Sequence record: DRR723986_13570
Length of the DNA stretch: 53,601 bases
Direction: 5' to 3' (one strand)
Shown: positions 36,022 to 46,508 of the stretch, one piece after another
How the letters are laid out: each line of letters begins with the position of its first letter
How positions within the stretch are numbered: the first letter of the stretch is position 1
Position numbers and translations under genes: made by a program
Notes under the pieces: generated by a model
The model's database searches: none
What the model was told of the DNA's origin: nothing
Seen by the model: the letters and a program-made list of their open reading frames with translations, nothing else

Positions 36022-36396
36022 ATGATTTCAACAGAAAAACAAGAACATCAAGATTTAATTAAAAAGACAATCACCTATTTGGAAGCGAGAGGCTATACAA
36101 ATATTTCGGCTAATTTAGAGGGATATGAAAAGCCTAAAGGTTTTACTCTAAAAAGTCAAAATCTTGAAATTATTCCGGATATCGTTGCCGATACTAAAAG
36201 AGGAAAAACGCAGTACATAGAAGTAGGAATGAAGTCCGAGTCACCAAGCCTATTAAAATCGAAATGGAAGTTTTTAAAGACCATTAGCGAGATGAAAAAT
36301 AGAGGTTTTGGAGTAGTATCGCACAGAGGACATTATACCTTCGCAGATCAAATCATGAAAGAAATTGAAATGACTAAAAAGTCAACTCGAATTTAA
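36022..36396 (+). CDS. Small hypothetical protein with PD-(D/E)xK-like motif
   Basis: YLEARGY..IIPDIVA...YIEVGMK. Confidence 0.7.
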   Translation: MISTEKQEHQDLIKKTITYLEARGYTNISANLEGYEKPKGFTLKSQNLEIIPDIVADTKRGKTQYIEVGMKSESPSLLKSKWKFLKTISEMKNRGFGVVSHRGHYTFADQIMKEIEMTKKSTRI

Positions 36397-36399
36397 AGT

Positions 36400-37104
36400 T
36401 TAAAGATCTTCTTGAATTTCTACAGGACCAGTTTCATCTGTTTTTTGAAACATTGGTATTCTGCAGCCTATATTTAATCCAAATAGCAAGTTTTTTTGAT
36501 CCGATTCTGGTTGAGTCGAATCCGGTTTAAAAGCGTTGGTGAGTCCATGTTGATATTCCAGACAAACATAGAACTCGTTTGTTTTATGGTTCACAGAAAA
36601 TTCTGTACTTATCAATGCATTAATCGTGAATTGATTGGTTTTATCTAAAAAAGTGGTTGATTTAGCTAAGGACCCAACTCCAGTTAATGATTTAGGCAAA
36701 ACAGTATTCGCAGAAAGAATATAATTCGCTCCAATTCCAATGTTGGGTGTAATTTTAAATTTTTCTCCGAATTGATACCCTATTCTTGCTGGGATACTTA
36801 GACTCATGAATCGGTATTGGATCCGTCCTTCTTTTATAATACCGCCGCTTTGAATAGAAAATATTGCGTTATAATCATAGCCAAACCTTTGAACTCTTAA
36901 TCCAGAGTAAAACTTAAGTTTGTTTTTTGTATTGAAATGATATTGGATTCCACCATTAAATCCAGCGTGTAATTGGTAGTCTACTAATTTTGGTTTCCAA
37001 TGGATGTGACTTGCAACAAAACCTGCCTCTAAACCTATAAAACTTTGAGCCTTAATTGAAAAAGGAAGAATAAAGAGCAATATGAAAAATACTTTTTTAA
37101 ACAT
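36400..37104 (-). CDS. Outer membrane beta-barrel protein (PorT/OMP_b-brl_2-like)
   Basis: Signal peptide, alternating beta-strands, LSIPARIGYQF, YQHGLTN. Confidence 0.75.
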   Translation of the reverse strand: MFKKVFFILLFILPFSIKAQSFIGLEAGFVASHIHWKPKLVDYQLHAGFNGGIQYHFNTKNKLKFYSGLRVQRFGYDYNAIFSIQSGGIIKEGRIQYRFMSLSIPARIGYQFGEKFKITPNIGIGANYILSANTVLPKSLTGVGSLAKSTTFLDKTNQFTINALISTEFSVNHKTNEFYVCLEYQHGLTNAFKPDSTQPESDQKNLLFGLNIGCRIPMFQKTDETGPVEIQEDL

Positions 37105-37139
37105 AGAGTTAAACGAATAACTCTCAAGTATAGGAAATA

Positions 37140-37556
37140 TTATCCTACATCATAATCACGAAACTCTTTTTCAAAATGATATTCAATGAAGGTGTTTTGA
37201 TCTTCATGACGCTCAACGATAATGAGTTTGTTAAAAGTTAATCTTTTGATTTCCCAATCTTTACCTCCTTCAAACCCTAACATTTGTTGTGTTTTAAATA
37301 CTAAGTTAGAATAGTCATTTCTAAATTGGATGAGACCAGTTTTAGCCTTTGTCCAAGAAAATTTAAATTCAGTATTCACTCTTAAAGAGTCTGAAAATTT
37401 TGCAACGTTCTCAACGATTGTTGCATTTCCACTTTGTTTAAGAACTTTCGTTTTCTTCCCTCTCCAGGCACCAATTAAATTATGTTCTCTCTTAGACTTC
37501 GTTTTAACAACGAGCTGCTTTATTTTTTTTCCGAGTAATGTATTTTTCATAATCAT
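37140..37556 (-). CDS. Hypothetical protein, possible lipocalin-like fold
   Basis: LIGAW and WEIKRLTFNKLII motifs; start trimmed to ATG 37556 or 37550 to avoid overlap with the upstream gene. Confidence 0.55.
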   Translation of the reverse strand: MIMKNTLLGKKIKQLVVKTKSKREHNLIGAWRGKKTKVLKQSGNATIVENVAKFSDSLRVNTEFKFSWTKAKTGLIQFRNDYSNLVFKTQQMLGFEGGKDWEIKRLTFNKLIIVERHEDQNTFIEYHFEKEFRDYDVG

Positions 37557-37657
37557 AAATTCTATGATGCAAATTTGGAACCAAAAAAACGATTGGATAA
37601 ATTTTTTTACGCAAAGCCCTTGACTTTGTTGCGTTTTTTGCAAAAAACTAGTTGAGA

Positions 37658-38884
37658 TTATGCCTGTAATTCCATGACGGTGATCTCTGGCATTATGCCT
37701 AATCTTCCGGCGTAGCCTAAAAATCCAAAACCTCTGTTGATATACAGGTACTGTCCATTTTCTTCGTAAAGCCCAGCCCACTTTCTATATCGGAGGGATA
37801 TCGGACTCCATTTAAAGTTGGCAGTTTCTATTCCCATTTGAGCGCCATGTGTGTGTCCAGCAAACATGATGTCAATGTCCTTAAAATCTTTTTTGACTAC
37901 TTCATCAAAATGTGTAGGGTCATGCGATAGTAACAATTTAACCGGTGCGTTAACGCCATCATAAGCTTTGGCTAAATCACCTTCTTTATGGAATCCGGCC
38001 CCCCAATTTTCAACTCCGATTAAGGCGATTTTATCTTCACCTTTTTCTAAATAGACATGTTCGTTCAACAACAATCTCCAGCCCATCCTGCCATGTAATT
38101 CTCGGATTGCTTTATTGTTTGCTGCATGCGCTTCTTCAGATTCCCATTGCACATAATCACCATAATCATGGTTTCCCAAAATAGAATAAACGCCCAAGGG
38201 TGCTTTTAGCCGTGAGAACATTTCAATATAAGGTTCCATTTCAGTGGCCTTGTCGTTCACAATATCACCAGTAAAGAAAATGACATCAGCATTTTGCTGC
38301 ATAATGAGGTCTATTCCTCTTTGCACCGCTTCTTTGTCGTAGAAGCTTCCTGAATGGATGTCTGAAATTTGGACAATTTTTAATCCATCAAATGAAGGTG
38401 GTAAGTGGGGAAGCTTTACTTTTTCAGAAAATACTTTGTACCGGTAGGGGCCGGCAATCATTCCCCAGCTGAGAGATACCATTGGAATCGTAGCAGCAGC
38501 TAAACCAGCTTTAATCAAGAAATCAGATCGCTTAATTCCACCTTCAGGACTGGGGACATTATTGATTTTATTGCGCGTAAAAATTCCGAGACGTCTGATA
38601 TCATCTATGATTAAAAAGATGCCGAACCCTGCTTTGACGATCAAGTTGAAAATCACGAAAGAGAACCAAAAGTTCATTACCCATCTGGGTTGAAACTTGT
38701 TAGCAAAAAACATCATCAAAATAGAAATGACAGATAGTCCAAGTAAAACGAAATAGGAGATTTTAACTGTATTCCTTAGCCAATTTTGCCAAGTAGTCCA
38801 TCTTGAACTCAAGGCAGAATAGACATACCATTCCAGTAATCCTCCAATTATGATGAACGTAATGAATAATAGAAAAAATCTCAT
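37658..38884 (-). CDS. Membrane-anchored calcineurin-like metallophosphoesterase (YkuE-like)
   Basis: SDIH, TGDIVN, GNHD, SHDP, GHTHG. Confidence 0.92.
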   Translation of the reverse strand: MRFFLLFITFIIIGGLLEWYVYSALSSRWTTWQNWLRNTVKISYFVLLGLSVISILMMFFANKFQPRWVMNFWFSFVIFNLIVKAGFGIFLIIDDIRRLGIFTRNKINNVPSPEGGIKRSDFLIKAGLAAATIPMVSLSWGMIAGPYRYKVFSEKVKLPHLPPSFDGLKIVQISDIHSGSFYDKEAVQRGIDLIMQQNADVIFFTGDIVNDKATEMEPYIEMFSRLKAPLGVYSILGNHDYGDYVQWESEEAHAANNKAIRELHGRMGWRLLLNEHVYLEKGEDKIALIGVENWGAGFHKEGDLAKAYDGVNAPVKLLLSHDPTHFDEVVKKDFKDIDIMFAGHTHGAQMGIETANFKWSPISLRYRKWAGLYEENGQYLYINRGFGFLGYAGRLGIMPEITVMELQA

Positions 38885-38948
38885 GGCTTCAAAGCTATAA
38901 AGTATCGAACAGCATAAGACGTTTAAGGTTCAGAAATATGCTGATTGT

Positions 38949-41741
38949 TTAATGAGCTGCTAGCCAATTGTCTGCAAATTTGTAATCAACATCAAGTGGT
39001 ACGGCAATAGATACGGCAGATTCCATGCCTTCTTTCACCAATTTTTCCATGAGTTCTTTTTCATTTTCAACTACATCAAAAACCAATTCATCATGTACCT
39101 GTAGCAACATTTTTGATTGTACTTGCTGTTTATTCATGTCTTCATGGATTTTAATCATGGCTAATTTAATAACATCAGCTGCTGAACCTTGAATTGGAGC
39201 GTTAACCGCATTTCGTTCTGCAAACCCTCTTACAATTGCATTGGCAGATTGAATGTCTTTTAAATACCTCCGTCTTTTCATGATCGTTTCTACATATCCG
39301 TGTTCTCTGGCAAATTCAACTGAATCGGCCATGTATTTTTTAATGTTCGGATACTGTTCCCAATAACTATCTATTAATGCTTTGGCTTCTTTTCTCGATA
39401 TACCAAGGTTTTGCGATAATCCAAAAGCCGATTGACCGTAGATAATTCCGAAGTTAACTGCTTTAGCTGATGATCTCTGTTCTCTGGTAACATCCTCTAT
39501 TTTCTCTACGCCGAAAACTTTTGCTGCAGTGGCCGCGTGAATATCATATCCGTTTTTAAAGGCCTCAATCATATTGTTATCGCCACTTAACGCAGCAATT
39601 ATTCTCAATTCAATCTGTGAATAATCGGCTGCTAGCAAGTCTGTTTTGTCATCAGCAGAAATAAAGGCCTTTCTGATCTCTCTACCTTTTTCTGTTCGAA
39701 TAGGGATATTTTGAAGATTTGGATTGTTAGAAGCCAATCGTCCTGTTGCAGCCACCGTTTGCATATAGCTCGTATGAACTCGCTGCGTTCCTTTATTCAC
39801 CATTTGAGGTAGGGTATCTACATAGGTGCTCTTCAGTTTTCTTAATGATCGGTAATTCAAAATCAATGGAATGATCTCATGTTTAGATTCTAACTTCGCT
39901 AATACGTCCTCTGAAGTTTTGTATTGACCAGTTTTTGTCTTTTTAGCTTTAGGATCTATTTGCATGTGATCAAATAGAATTTCTCCCAATTGCTTTGGTG
40001 AGTCTAAGTTAAAATCTTGTACTCCGGCCAATTCTTTAATATCTTTTTCAAGCTTGTTGATGTCAACTTCTAGTTCTGCCGAGAATTTTTCTAAGGCCGG
40101 AACATCCAAATTAATCCCGTTCATTTCCATGTCTTTTAACACTCTTACTAGTGGCATCTCCATGTTATAGAACAGATTTTCTAGGTGATCTTTTTTGATT
40201 TCAGGCTCAAATATTTCTTTGAGTTGAAAAGTAATGTCAGCATCTTCACAGGCGTAATCCACAACTTGATTAGGGTCAACATCTAGCATGGTACCTTGAT
40301 TTTTGCCCTTTTTACCAATGAGTGTTTCAATTGAAATTGGTCGGTAATTTAAGTAAAGCTCTGCCAGATGATCCATGCCGTGTTTGCCTTCTGGTGTAAT
40401 TAAATAGTGGGCAATCATGGTATCGAATAATGGACCTTTGACTTCAACTCCATACTTCTCAACTATCTTTAAATCATACTTAATGTTATGTGCAATTTTC
40501 TCAATGGATTCGTTTTCAAAGAAAGCTTTAAAATCTTGCACAACTTCCTCTCTTTCTTCTGGCTTCGCGACTACATAAAAGCCTGTTTCTTTTTGAAATG
40601 AAAAAGCAATCCCAACTAGTTCAGCATCTATGGCATCAATGCCCGTTGTTTCGGTATCAAAACAAACTGACTTTTGCTGCAAAAGAATCGCCAATAATTC
40701 TTGTCGTTTTTCTTTGCTGACAACAATTTGATAATCTGCCTTTACATCAGCAATTGTGCGTACCACGTCTGTTCCTGCAGCTTCAACGGCAGCTGTTTCA
40801 ATTGCCGGTCCACCGAATAAATCGAGCTGACCTTCAGAAGATTGACCAATGATAATTTCTTCTCCTAATACTCTCTTTGCTAAAGTTCTAAATTCTAGTT
40901 GAGTAAAAATGGCCTTAATTTTTTCATTATCCGGCTCTTCCATGATGAGACTTTTCTCATCAAATTTTACATCCACATCTAAAATGATTGTGGCCAATTT
41001 TTTTGAGTCTAAGCCTTGCTGTTTGAACTCAATAAAGTTTTCTTTTTGTTTTCCTTTAAGCTCTTCTACATTTTCCAGAATCCCTTCAATTGAACCATAT
41101 TGACCTATTAATTTTTTAGCTGCAACGGGTCCTACTCCTGGTATCCCAGGGATGTTATCTGCGCTATCACCAACGAGCCCTAAATAATCAATCACCTGCT
41201 CAGGAGTTTCAACTCCGAATTTTTCTTGAACTTCTGGAATCCCCCAAATTTCTGGTGGTTTACCCCCTCTACTTGGTTTATACATGAAAATTTTGTCAGA
41301 CACGAGCTGTGCAAAATCTTTATCCGGCGTCATCATATAGGTATGAAATCCGTTTTGTTCAGCTTGTTTAGCAATGGTTCCAATGATATCATCAGCTTCA
41401 TCACCGGGGCTAATTAAAATTGGAATATTGAATGCTCGGACAATTTCCTTGATTGGTTCAATCATTGAGGCGATATCCTCTGGCATTGCTTCACGGTGCG
41501 CCTTATAATCTTCAAACTCTTCAGCTCTTTTAGTTAAACCGGGCGAATCAAACACAACCGCCAGATGAGTAGGATTCTCTTTTTTAATGACATCCAACAT
41601 GGCATTTGTAAAACCAAACGCTGCAGATGTATTTTGTCCTTGACTATTTATTCTAGGATTCTTTATAAAAGCATAATAAGCTCTGTAAATTAAGGCAAAT
41701 GCATCTAAAAGAAATAATTTTTTATCGTGTACTGGAGTCAT
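38949..41741 (-). CDS. polA: DNA polymerase I
   Basis: 5'-exo (LLDAFALIYR, EADD, DKD), 3'-exo (FDTETT, HNIKYD, YACED), pol motifs DYSQIELR, KAVNFGIIYG, QVHDE. Confidence 0.98.
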   Translation of the reverse strand: MTPVHDKKLFLLDAFALIYRAYYAFIKNPRINSQGQNTSAAFGFTNAMLDVIKKENPTHLAVVFDSPGLTKRAEEFEDYKAHREAMPEDIASMIEPIKEIVRAFNIPILISPGDEADDIIGTIAKQAEQNGFHTYMMTPDKDFAQLVSDKIFMYKPSRGGKPPEIWGIPEVQEKFGVETPEQVIDYLGLVGDSADNIPGIPGVGPVAAKKLIGQYGSIEGILENVEELKGKQKENFIEFKQQGLDSKKLATIILDVDVKFDEKSLIMEEPDNEKIKAIFTQLEFRTLAKRVLGEEIIIGQSSEGQLDLFGGPAIETAAVEAAGTDVVRTIADVKADYQIVVSKEKRQELLAILLQQKSVCFDTETTGIDAIDAELVGIAFSFQKETGFYVVAKPEEREEVVQDFKAFFENESIEKIAHNIKYDLKIVEKYGVEVKGPLFDTMIAHYLITPEGKHGMDHLAELYLNYRPISIETLIGKKGKNQGTMLDVDPNQVVDYACEDADITFQLKEIFEPEIKKDHLENLFYNMEMPLVRVLKDMEMNGINLDVPALEKFSAELEVDINKLEKDIKELAGVQDFNLDSPKQLGEILFDHMQIDPKAKKTKTGQYKTSEDVLAKLESKHEIIPLILNYRSLRKLKSTYVDTLPQMVNKGTQRVHTSYMQTVAATGRLASNNPNLQNIPIRTEKGREIRKAFISADDKTDLLAADYSQIELRIIAALSGDNNMIEAFKNGYDIHAATAAKVFGVEKIEDVTREQRSSAKAVNFGIIYGQSAFGLSQNLGISRKEAKALIDSYWEQYPNIKKYMADSVEFAREHGYVETIMKRRRYLKDIQSANAIVRGFAERNAVNAPIQGSAADVIKLAMIKIHEDMNKQQVQSKMLLQVHDELVFDVVENEKELMEKLVKEGMESAVSIAVPLDVDYKFADNWLAAH

Positions 41742-41913
41742 ATTTGACGGTTAAAATAAGGAGGTACAAGATAGGGATTTTGGATGGGAAGAATATTAAA
41801 ACGTGTCAGCTAATTTCAACTTCTGTGCGCTTTTTACCCAATAAGTTTTTTAGTATCTATAAATTAGCAACGCATTGATGATTTTACCGTCAATGTCAAA
41901 AATGCCCAAACTT

Positions 41914-44900
41914 ATGTCTATAAACCCCAAAAATTATTTGACTTGGTTTTGTTTACTGTTAGCAGGATTCTGTCAAGCACAAACTGTTTCAAACATAAAC
42001 GTTCAACCCGCAGGAGGTCCTTGTGGATTGGTTGATTGTAATGGTCAAGCAGCCATTTATATTGATAACGGAACGCCCCCATTCACAATTTCTTTGTCTA
42101 ATGGAGATTCCTATTCCACCTCATATAACTACCTAGCTTTGGATAGTTTGTGTGCAGGGTTTTATTCGTTCACTGTAACTGATAATTCAGGGGCTACTTT
42201 TACGGATGGATTTCAAGTTGATTTAACTTCGAATGTAATCATTGACAGTGTTGAAACCTTGAAAGAAATTGAGTGCTATGGTGCGTTGAATGGTGTAATA
42301 GCAGTGCATGCGAGTGGAGGTGAGGGACCTTACTCCTATGAATTACCAGGAGTGTTAATTCAATCCGGCAATGTTTTTCAGGGTATTTCTCCATTCGGAT
42401 CAATAATTGTTTCTGATCAAAACGGATGCGCTGATACGACTAATTATTCAATAAATTTTCCATCTCAGGTTACGTTTGTGGCTAATGCTCAAAATTCATG
42501 TTCCAATAATTGTTCTGGAAGTATTAATCTTACAGCTATGGGCGGTTTTCCACCCTATTCATATTCTGATAATAATGGGCTAACTTATCAATTAAGTAAT
42601 TCATTTTCTGGATTATGTCCAAATACCTATTCAATGGTCGTCAAAGATTCAAAAGGATGTTTAAGCAATACACAAGTTAGTTTAAATGGAGGTCCAGCAC
42701 TTTCTATGTCTCCATCCGTGACTCAACAACCTTCCTGTAGTGGTGTTGCTGACGGATCAATAGCTGTGAATCCTTCAGGCGGAACACCCCCTTATTCATC
42801 AAGCATAGATGGAGGCCCATTACAGGCATCCATGAATTATTCGAATATACCTAGCGGTCAACATCAAATTTATTTAATTGATAACAATGGTTGTGACCTA
42901 TACATGAATATTACATTAACCGCCTCCAGTAACTTTGTTTTTAATTACGTAGCGAATAATTCAACAAGTACTTGTAATGGAAATGACGGTTCGTTCGAAA
43001 TTGCGGTGACGGGTATGGTTGCACCTTATATCTATACAATTGATAACTGGGTGAGCGCACAAGCGGTGGGTTTGTTTAGTGGATTGTCTGCAGGAATTTA
43101 TCACTTTACAGTAATGGATGGAAATGGTTGTGTTGACTCAGTATATACTGCTATCTCTGATGGACCAATAACTACACAAACTGATGTGGCTATTGACCCC
43201 TCTTGCGGAGGAGCTTGTGATGGAGTTGTGCAAGCCAGTCCAACATCTGGCTTAGCACCCTATTCTTATTTTATTGATTTCGATAATACACCCTATCCTA
43301 CAAATACTTTTACTGGCTTGTGCGGTGGGCAACATTTTGTCGGAATTCAGGATAACAATAATTGTCTAGCTTATGAGGAGATTGATTTGGCTGTTATCCA
43401 ACCTATTACATTCACTACCAGCACCGCTAGTCCTGTATGTTCGAATGGAACAGGTCAAATCACGATAAATAGTGTTATTGGAGGTGATGGTGGACCGTAT
43501 CAATATTCGATCGATAACGGAGCAAGTTTTCAATCTGGAAACGTATTTTCGGGCCTAAGTCCAGGAACATATACACCAGTTGTTCAAGATGGAAATGGTT
43601 GTCAAGGAACACAAAGTGTATCACTGATGGGCCCCACCAATCCTCTAGGAATAACCGCTTCATCTGCTGATGTTCAATGTTTTGGAGGTAATTCAGGTTA
43701 TATATTTATCTCGGCATATGGTGGTACAAGTCCTTATAGCTATGATTTAGGTGGAAACTTATCATCAGTCGGGAATTATCCTAATTTGGTTGCAGGATCT
43801 TACTACTTTGTCGTAACTGATGGGAACGGGTGCTCAGTTGATACTACAATTTTAATCAGCCAGCCGAGCTCGGCAGTTCAAATCAATTCCACGGCACTTA
43901 CTAATCCAGAATGCAACGGAAATATGGATGGGAGCATTGAAATTAATGCATCCGGTGGAACTCCTTATTTATTATACAGTCCAGATAATGGAACAAGCTT
44001 GTTCTCTTTTGATTCTATTCCTTTTTTAGGAGGGGGAACCCATACTGTTTTGGTTCAAGATGTAAAAGGGTGCACTCAAACAAGTACTGTCACCCTGACT
44101 GATCCTCTTGCAGTAATAATAGACACGTTGAATGTAGTTCCAGAGTTCTGTGCTGGCTTCTGTGACGGTACAGTTGAAGTGACCGTGGTGAATGGTACGA
44201 CTCCTTATTTTATGAGTACGAACGCCGGCAATTTCCAATGGTTAACATTGAATCACTTTTTACTAGATTCAATTTGTTCAGGCCCCGTGAATATAACTGC
44301 TATAGATGATTCAGGATGCGTAAACTCTTTTAATTTCAATATGGTTTCGCTTACTTCATTGAGTATTGATACAACAAATTTTATTGAGGCAGATTGTTAC
44401 AATGATTGTGACGGTATTGTCGACTTAACTATATCAGGTGGTAGCTCTCCTTACGTTTTAACGGCTTCTTCAGGATACGTAAATGCTATTTCTCCAGGCA
44501 TTTTTCAGTTGGATAGTATTTGCAGTGGATCTATTCTTGTATCTGCTACAGACAATAATGGCTGTTCTGAAAATGCAACTTTCGTATTTACTGAACCAAC
44601 TGCTCTTTCAATGGATACATCAAACTATGTATCGCCAACTTGTTTCAATGACTGTGATGGAATAGTGGATGTCTCAATTTCAGGAGGCAATCAGCCCTAT
44701 TCATTAACGGCTAATTCGGGTCATATCGTTAACATGGGATCTGGACAGTACCAATTAGATAGCATCTGCGCCGGTTCGATTCAGCTAATGGTTTCCGATA
44801 ATTCAGGCTGTACTGAAATTCAAACTATTGCATTTTCTGATGCAGATAGCATGTACTTTAGTTTTAATCAATTATCTGTTGCATCATGCACGGCATGTAA

Positions 44901-45342
44901 TGATGGGGTAGGCGAGATTACGGTTTTCGGTGGGACAGCCCCTTACAGCGTAGATTGGAGTCCGTTTGGTTCAGCAGATATTGATACCAGCTGTTCAGAT
45001 TTAATGGGCGGAACAGGATTACTCTGTGTTACGGACGCTAATGGTTGTCAGTTTTGTGATTCGGTCACAGTGAATTTTATTGATGATATCGGTTTTGAAG
45101 ATTTTGAACAAGAATACAAGGTTTATCCCAACCCAACAGAAGGAGAATTATGGCTTGAGCTTCCATCAATTGAAGGAGAAATGCGTTTGAACGTTTATTC
45201 AACTGACGGTAAAATTGTATACACAATAATTGTAAATCAAACCAAACAATTAATTGATCTGACTGAATTAGAAGGTGGCATGTACGTGCTAGAGTTAATT
45301 CAAAACGATAACAAATTTAGAAGAGAACTTGTGTTGTTTTAA
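41914..45342 (+). CDS. Large SprB-repeat surface protein with T9SS type A CTD (start uncertain among 41875-41914)
   Basis: About 13 C..G.I.....GG..PY.Y.......D.NGC repeats; VYPNPT...GMYVL CTD. Confidence 0.88.
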   Translation: MSINPKNYLTWFCLLLAGFCQAQTVSNINVQPAGGPCGLVDCNGQAAIYIDNGTPPFTISLSNGDSYSTSYNYLALDSLCAGFYSFTVTDNSGATFTDGFQVDLTSNVIIDSVETLKEIECYGALNGVIAVHASGGEGPYSYELPGVLIQSGNVFQGISPFGSIIVSDQNGCADTTNYSINFPSQVTFVANAQNSCSNNCSGSINLTAMGGFPPYSYSDNNGLTYQLSNSFSGLCPNTYSMVVKDSKGCLSNTQVSLNGGPALSMSPSVTQQPSCSGVADGSIAVNPSGGTPPYSSSIDGGPLQASMNYSNIPSGQHQIYLIDNNGCDLYMNITLTASSNFVFNYVANNSTSTCNGNDGSFEIAVTGMVAPYIYTIDNWVSAQAVGLFSGLSAGIYHFTVMDGNGCVDSVYTAISDGPITTQTDVAIDPSCGGACDGVVQASPTSGLAPYSYFIDFDNTPYPTNTFTGLCGGQHFVGIQDNNNCLAYEEIDLAVIQPITFTTSTASPVCSNGTGQITINSVIGGDGGPYQYSIDNGASFQSGNVFSGLSPGTYTPVVQDGNGCQGTQSVSLMGPTNPLGITASSADVQCFGGNSGYIFISAYGGTSPYSYDLGGNLSSVGNYPNLVAGSYYFVVTDGNGCSVDTTILISQPSSAVQINSTALTNPECNGNMDGSIEINASGGTPYLLYSPDNGTSLFSFDSIPFLGGGTHTVLVQDVKGCTQTSTVTLTDPLAVIIDTLNVVPEFCAGFCDGTVEVTVVNGTTPYFMSTNAGNFQWLTLNHFLLDSICSGPVNITAIDDSGCVNSFNFNMVSLTSLSIDTTNFIEADCYNDCDGIVDLTISGGSSPYVLTASSGYVNAISPGIFQLDSICSGSILVSATDNNGCSENATFVFTEPTALSMDTSNYVSPTCFNDCDGIVDVSISGGNQPYSLTANSGHIVNMGSGQYQLDSICAGSIQLMVSDNSGCTEIQTIAFSDADSMYFSFNQLSVASCTACNDGVGEITVFGGTAPYSVDWSPFGSADIDTSCSDLMGGTGLLCVTDANGCQFCDSVTVNFIDDIGFEDFEQEYKVYPNPTEGELWLELPSIEGEMRLNVYSTDGKIVYTIIVNQTKQLIDLTELEGGMYVLELIQNDNKFRRELVLF
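44122..44859 (+). repeat. Three tandem 246-nt (82 aa) closely related repeat units within the SprB-like gene
   Basis: Units begin at 44122, 44368 and 44614 (DT...C...CDG.V...PY......LDSIC.G.....D..GC). Confidence 0.85.
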
Positions 45343-45383
45343 TTATTCTCTACAAAGGATGCATGTTTGGTGTAAATGATGTA

Positions 45384-45836
45384 CTAATGTCTTCTACGCT
45401 CAACACACTGCTCTCTAAGCTCCTCTTCAAGAATTCGTGAATAATACCAAAATGTTTTGGTAGGAACATTGCTTAATGTAATTGTTCTGTAGAAAATGAA
45501 TTGGTCATTATTTACTTTAAGTAAATAGCTTTCACGTCTTTCTTCTGGTGTAATGCGAACGAATTTTATAGAATCATTTTCATCTTTAAAAAGTTCATAA
45601 AGTGCATTATCCCAGTTACCAGCTGAACAAACTTTTATGCTGTCTTCGGTGTATTCAAAATAATACTCCAATAACCTTATCGTTTCAATGGTATCTTTTT
45701 TAAAAGCACTCATAGAATCTAATTTCCAAAAGCCCTGTAAGTTGTAGGTTTCAGAATTATTGTATGTGTTTTGTGCTACTAAATTTGATTGGCAATTGAT
45801 CATGATTAGTAAGAGAAATATCTGCGTCTTTATCAT
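45384..45836 (-). CDS. Secreted hypothetical protein, lipocalin-like
   Basis: Signal-like N-terminus from ATG 45836, LQGFWKL motif. Confidence 0.6.
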   Translation of the reverse strand: MIKTQIFLLLIMINCQSNLVAQNTYNNSETYNLQGFWKLDSMSAFKKDTIETIRLLEYYFEYTEDSIKVCSAGNWDNALYELFKDENDSIKFVRITPEERRESYLLKVNNDQFIFYRTITLSNVPTKTFWYYSRILEEELREQCVERRRH

Positions 45837-45837
45837 G

Positions 45838-46395
45838 TTAATTTTTATGTAGGATTTGATTTTCAAATTCTAAACAAAACTCGATTATTATTTCGAAGAT
45901 TTCTTCAAGTTTTTCAAAAGATTGATAATTAATGTCTAATGAAAAATATGTGTTGTGGTTTTTACCTTGAATTACTGGACTGAACTCAGCAGTGTATCTT
46001 ACGGCTCTGAATATTTTTTTTATTAATGGGTTAGATATGAGTTGTTTCTTAAAGCTTTCGTCTTTGCACCTGATTCGAACTTGTTCTCTAAAAATTAACT
46101 TTTGAAAAGGGCCATGCTCCATGATTAAAAAATCAGGAAATAAATTCTTGTAGAGGTGAATTGTGCAGCTGACTGTGTATTTGTCTGGTGTATTGCCTGA
46201 CCAAACACTAGGAGAGTTGGATGTTCCAAACATAAAGTTTCGACTGACCGCAAAATTAAACTGATCAGTCTTTTTTTTTAATATCATATGAGTTGATGGT
46301 AAATTTCTGATCATAAAACCTAGGTCGTAATTGTTCTCAGATATTTCTATTTCGCAGTCAAATTTATCTGCTACTTTTTTCATGAACTCTTCCAT
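45838..46395 (-). CDS. Hypothetical protein
   Basis: ORF ending 1 nt before the next start; ATG 46395 preferred over 46461. Confidence 0.6.
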   Translation of the reverse strand: MEEFMKKVADKFDCEIEISENNYDLGFMIRNLPSTHMILKKKTDQFNFAVSRNFMFGTSNSPSVWSGNTPDKYTVSCTIHLYKNLFPDFLIMEHGPFQKLIFREQVRIRCKDESFKKQLISNPLIKKIFRAVRYTAEFSPVIQGKNHNTYFSLDINYQSFEKLEEIFEIIIEFCLEFENQILHKN

Positions 46396-46443
46396 AACAT
46401 CAAGATATGGAATAATTATTGATTTGATCTGAGCGTTCAAATC

Positions 46444-46500
46444 TTTACATAAATAAAACATACTGAATGCTATTTGAATGAATTTGGATAGGTACTTTTA
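46444..46500 (+). promoter_or_regulatory. Candidate Pho-box-type promoter of the nuclease gene
   Basis: TTTACAT-aaat-AAAACAT (46444-46461), 31-nt gap, -7-like TACTTTTA (46493-46500). Confidence 0.4.
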
Positions 46501-46508
46501 CAATACGT

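Noticed and set aside
37557-37781. Long N-terminal extension of the 37140 ORF overlapping the metallophosphoesterase
   Set aside because: Artefact of longest-ORF calling; a plausible start and a -7-like element lie near 37556-37577
38890-38945. Pho box upstream of the metallophosphoesterase
   Set aside because: Perfect -7 (TAGCTTTG) but only a single weak half-site at a 28-nt gap and no tandem partner
45384-46395. Two unassigned AT-rich ORFs as a toxin-antitoxin or defence pair
   Set aside because: No catalytic or DNA-binding motif recognisable; one looks like a secreted lipocalin-like protein
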